Notes under the pieces: generated by a model | Database searches by the model: none | What the model was told of the DNA's origin: nothing | What the model saw: only the letters and a program-made list of their open reading frames with translations | Shown: positions 59,123 to 64,000 of the stretch, piece after piece | How positions within the stretch are numbered: position 1 is the stretch's first letter | Layout of the letters: each line of letters begins with the position of its first letter | Translations under genes and position numbers: made by a program | NCBI GenBank assembly: GCA_973895155.1 | Contig: OZ316897.1 | Coordinates: forward strand, 14,569,375 to 14,633,374 | Length of the DNA stretch: 64,000 nt | From: Marsupella aquatica | Lineage: Eukaryota > Plantae > Marchantiophyta | Reading direction: 5' to 3'

Positions 59123-62100
59123 TGTTAGATATTGCTCTAGTCTTGTGACTCATGAGCTAACCACAGTTAGTCTAACTCGGGTTAGGACTTAGCTAATGTT
59201 AGCAGTAGTGCTGTTGTGCATATAGCTGGGGCTGATGCCAGACCCTGGTGGAACTTAGGCTCATTGCAATTCTGACGACACCATTTGCACAAGATTGCAC
59301 AAGATTGCATGTGATCGCTACCGAAAGGTGGATCCCGTGAATCCCAATCCCGTCATAATCCTTTCACGGGATCGAGATCCAAAGGTGGATCCCGATCCCG
59401 TCAGAATTGCAAGTTTGTGCAATCTTGTGCAAATGGTAGGTACCGATCACATGCAATTCTGACAATGGGTTGTACTTGGTATTTTGGTTATTCTCCGAGG
59501 TGGTCAAAACGGGGGAGTTTCCCAAGGTTTTACCCACCCTGACCAAAATTTGAATAACTTTTTCGTCAAATTTTGATTTTGATTTTGGCTTTAAGTATTG
59601 GACTCCTAGCTTCATGGGCTACACGGCGATGTTGAGTTTTGAGTTTTATGAGAAGTTTTCTCATATGAGTGACTCGGGGGATACTAGAAGAATTGGCATC
59701 GGTGGAGCTTCAGGATCGCGACGGTCAGACGGTGAGTCTGAGGAGGAGCTGCTACCATTTGAGGAGGAACTTGTAACACCGGTATGATCACCGGTGCGGC
59801 ATGCAGTGGAGGAAGCTATACTACTACCAGAGCTATCGGTAGTTGGGAAGAAGAGGGAGATGGCTAGATTTGGAGGAGTAAAGTTTGAGGTGGAGAAGTA
59901 CGATGGTCGTATTGATTACTTGTTGTGGGAGAAGCAAGTGAAGGGTGTTCTTCGTGCCATGGGCTTAGCTCATCTGCTTTCGTCGCGAGAGCAGTATGAT
60001 GGGAGAGGAGGAGATTTTTGTGAGGCAGTGGAGACAGGAGTAGGTGATTGCTGTCAATGCAATGATGCTATATCTCAAGCCGCACATCATCAAGCAACTG
60101 GATGATTATGCGGATTGCGCGTCATTGTTCAAGGCTCTAAGAGAGAAGTACTACCGGGAAGATGCATCAGACCGGCTGTACAAGAAGTCTCTCTTGATGA
60201 GCCTCAGGTTCAAGGAAGGGAGCAAGATGCAGGATCACCTGGATGAGTTTGACAGTCTAGCGGTGGATCTGTCAAACCCGGGAAAAGGAGTTGAAGATGA
60301 GAATAAGGCCTTGCTTCTGCTAAGCTCCTTACCGCCGTCTTATCAGGGCTTGAAATAGGTGCTCTTGTACAGAAATCTGAAGTCCATTTCATATAATGAG
60401 GTGGTGAGCTCTTTACTGTCTGATGATGCTCAGAAGAAGCTAGGTCAATCACAGACAGCATCTTCTTCTGGCACTGCGCTGAACGTGAACAAGGGAAGAG
60501 CAGCGCAACGCACGAATGGGCAGAACAGGTTTAGATCTACATCACGGGAGAGATCTAAATCTAGAGGGAAATCGCAAGAGAGAAAGCCTCTTGCATGTTG
60601 GAATTGTGGCAAGCCTGGCCACATGAAAAGGGATTGTCGAGTAAAGGTCCCTACTGCCTCTGCTAACGCGGCATCGAGCTCGCATGAGGTAGATTTACTC
60701 GATGATGATGACATATTGTGATGTCAAGGTTATGCTCTCAACGTAGTGTCAAATCCAGGTAGTGATGACTGGATTCTAGATAGTGCATATACTTTTCACA
60801 TTTGCTCTAGGAGAGATTTTTCAGTTCTTACACGGTTTCCTACGGGTCAGTGTTGATGGGAAATGGAATCCCATGTCAAGTTGTTGGACTTGGATCTGTA
60901 AGATTTCAGATGTTTTATGGTGTTGTAAGAACGTTGAGGAATGTGAGACATATTCCTAGCATGATGAAAAATCTCATTTCACTTGGAGTTTTAGAGGCAA
61001 ATGGCCATCAATGGAGTTCTGCTAATGGTGTCCTTCAGGTTTCAACTGGTACTAAAGTTGTATTGAAGGGAAAGAGACATAATAATCTATATGTTTTGGA
61101 GGGCAATGTAGTTTGTGATGAAGCCAATGTAACCTTATCTCATGAGGAGACTGCCTGGCTGTGGCACTTCTATTTGGGCCACATGAGTGAAAAAGGTTTG
61201 ACTATTCTTTAGAAGAAAGGATTACTTTCTAATTTGTAATCTTGTAAGTTGGAATTTTGTGAGCACTGTGTGCTAGGGAAGCAGCACAGGAAACCCTTCG
61301 GAGTTGGAACTCACACCAGCAAGGAGGTACTTGAGTATGTACATAGTGATGTGTCGGGTCCAGCCCCTACTCCCTCACATTCTGGACGGTTATACTATGT
61401 CACATTCATTGACGATTACTCAAGGTATGTGTGGATATACTTTCTACACAATAAGTCTGATGTTTTTACCACTTTTAAGGAGTGGAAAGCCCAAGTTGAG
61501 AATCAGACTAGTAATAAGGTGAGATATCTATGATCGGATAACGGCGGTGAATAAAGTTCTGGTGAATTTGGAATGTATTGTAAGGAGCAGGGGATTACCC
61601 GCCATCTCACAACAAGTTATACTCCTCAGCAGAATGGTGTTTCTGAGAGACTCAACCAAACACTATTGGACCGCTCGAGCAGTATGTTGAGTTAATCATG
61701 CTTACCACATAAGTTTTGGACTGAAGCTGTCAACACTGCAGCTTATTTGGTAAATTTTTCTCCATCCAGTTCTATTGGATTCAAGACGCCATTTGAAATG
61801 AGGTACGGGTGTCCAACAGATTACTCACATCTGAGAATTTTTGGATGTGATGCTTATGTGCTTACACCTTTCCAGCTGCAATCCAAGCTGGAGTCCAAGT
61901 CGAAGAAGTGCATTTTTCTTGGCTATCAGAAAGGTGTGAAGGGTTATAGGTTATGGGATCCAGTAACCTGTAAGTTAATTGTCAATAGAGATGTGTCCTT
62001 TAATGAGTCCAGATCATCAAAGGAGGGGGAGAGTTCTCAGGACTCCCATACTGACAAGGGGAAATCTCCCATCCCAGACCGGGTTGAGGGGGAGATTAGT

Positions 62101-64000
62101 CATGATGATGTTCATGACAGGAGAGATGGAGAAGCTTCAGGCTTGGAGCTGGTTCCTGTGATGGAACAAGAGGAGCAGATTGTTGCTGGGGTACCTCAAA
62201 TTCAACCAGCAGCAGCAGCAGATCAGCCTGAGTCATCTACTAGAAGAACTTCCAGTCGTTCTATTAGAGCTCCTACCAGGTATGGTCAATGGGCAGACTC
62301 ATCTAAGCTAGATGATATTGACATTGCACCTGATGATGATGATATGGCTTTGATCTTGGAAGAAGGAGAGTCTTCTTCATATAGTGAGGCTTGTGCTTCA
62401 GAGCAAAAGCATGAGTGGAATGCAACAATGCAGAGGGAGTTACAATCTTTGAGTGACAACAAGACATGGGAGCTGGTGGAGCTTCCAAGAGGTCAACAAG
62501 TGGTGGACAGCTTGCAAGTGGATTTACAAGTTGAAGGACAGTCCTTCAGAGGGTGGAGATAAGATCTATAAGGCAAGGCTTGTTGCCAAGGGATTCACTC
62601 AAGAGAAAGGCGTGGACTACAATGAGGTCTTTTCACCGGTGGCTAAGTATTCCACAATTCGGATCTTGTGTCAACTTGTTGTGTTTTTTAATCTGGTGAT
62701 GGATCAGATGGATGTTGTTACAACTTTTCTTTATGGCAACTTGGAAGAGTTGATCTTCATGAGACAGCCACTAGGCTTTATGAAGAAGGGCCAAGAGAAC
62801 TTAGTTTGCAGATTGCTCAAGTCTTTGTATGGATTGAAGCAATCTCCCAAACAGTGGAACAAGCGGTTTGATAATTTTATGCTTGCTCAAGGTTTTACAA
62901 GGATGGTATATGATCCTTGTGTGTATACGAAATCAGTCAAGAATGATGTATTTGGGTTCATCATTCTAGTGATCTATGTGGATGACATGTTGATTGTGGC
63001 TAAAGATCAATCTGAGGTTGACAGTCTCAAGGCAAAATTGAGTGTTGAATTCAGGATGAAGGATCTTGGTAAGGCCAAGAGGATCTTAGGGATGGAGATT
63101 TTTAGGAACTCTGATATTGGACAGTTGTGCTTGAGTCAAGGCCAGTATGCGAGAAAAGTACTTGCACGATTCAACATGGAGAACTGTAAGCTAGTGAGTA
63201 TTCCTTTAGCTTCACATTTCAAGTTATCATCGGCTTTCTCTCCTATGGATGCTATGGAGAAAGGCCTGATGGCTAAGATTCCTTATGAGAAGGCAGTAGG
63301 CAGTCTGATATATTTGATGACTTGTACTAGGCTTGACTTGGCCCTAGCGATGGGCAAGGTTAGCAGATTCATGTCAAATCCAGGGAAAGTACATTGGGAA
63401 GCTGTGAAGTGGATTCTCAAGTACCTCAAGGGTACACAGGACTATGGTTTACTATTTGATAACAGATCAGATAGAACGTTAGTTGGCTATGTAGATTTTG
63501 ATTATGGAGGCTGTCTGGATACAAGGAGGTCAACAACTGGGTTTGTATACACTCTTGGAGGAGGATGTATCAGTTGGAAATCTACCTTGCAGAAGTGTAT
63601 ATCTCAATCTACTACAGAAGCAGAGTATGTTGCAGCAGCAGAAGCAACAAAGGAAGCAATTTGGTTGGACAAGTTGATCGCGGAGATGGGTTTAGAGCAT
63701 GGCAAAATGACTCTAAACTGTGATAGTCAGAGTGCTCTTCACTTGGCTGCTAACCAGGTGATGGATAGCAGGGTGAAGCACATTGATATCAAGTACCATT
63801 TTATCAGGCAAGCAGTGTCTGATAAAACTTTTGAGCTAGTCAAGATTGATGGAAAGCTCAATCCCGCTGATGCCTTTACCAAAGTGATTCCTTTGGAGAG
63901 TTTCTCAAGACACCGTGCTACTTTGCATGTTTTGTAGTTGTAGTGCAAGTAGAGTTATTTAGCAATGTGTGACTATTTGTATATGGATTACTCATTCCTA
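59123..64000 (+). mobile_element. Degenerate Ty1/Copia (Copia-2), related to Copia-1; 5' LTR end and PBS deleted, 3' LTR beyond the window
   Basis: LTR-like TGTTAG start; leader matches Copia-1; gag 59665-60721 and pol 60722-63937 with multiple stops and frameshifts. Confidence 0.93.

Overview
Repeat-rich eukaryotic nuclear DNA from a land plant; the gene and TE types suggest a non-seed plant such as a bryophyte (inference). Host genes: an L-type lectin receptor kinase frameshifted in its kinase P-loop (35911-38305), a B12D/NDUFA4-like gene with a 1-bp frameshift (from 42515), an intact 5-exon IMP3 with a U12-type intron (44688-46259) and an intronless F-box protein (48316-49863, minus). The rest is nested TEs: two Gypsy elements, a young full-length Copia, an older related Copia, L1-like LINE fragments and MITEs. 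Two systems stand out. (1) A P-element-like DNA transposon with an adjacent triple-PHD (EDM2/NSD-like) ORF. It has non-canonical CTC-RGGGG termini that occur four times in the window, and a non-autonomous relative shows an 8-bp TSD. (2) Two diverged Copia elements that both have an in-frame TGA at the same gag/pol position with coding conservation across it, suggesting programmed readthrough. All calls are by-eye motif recognition; no searches were run.
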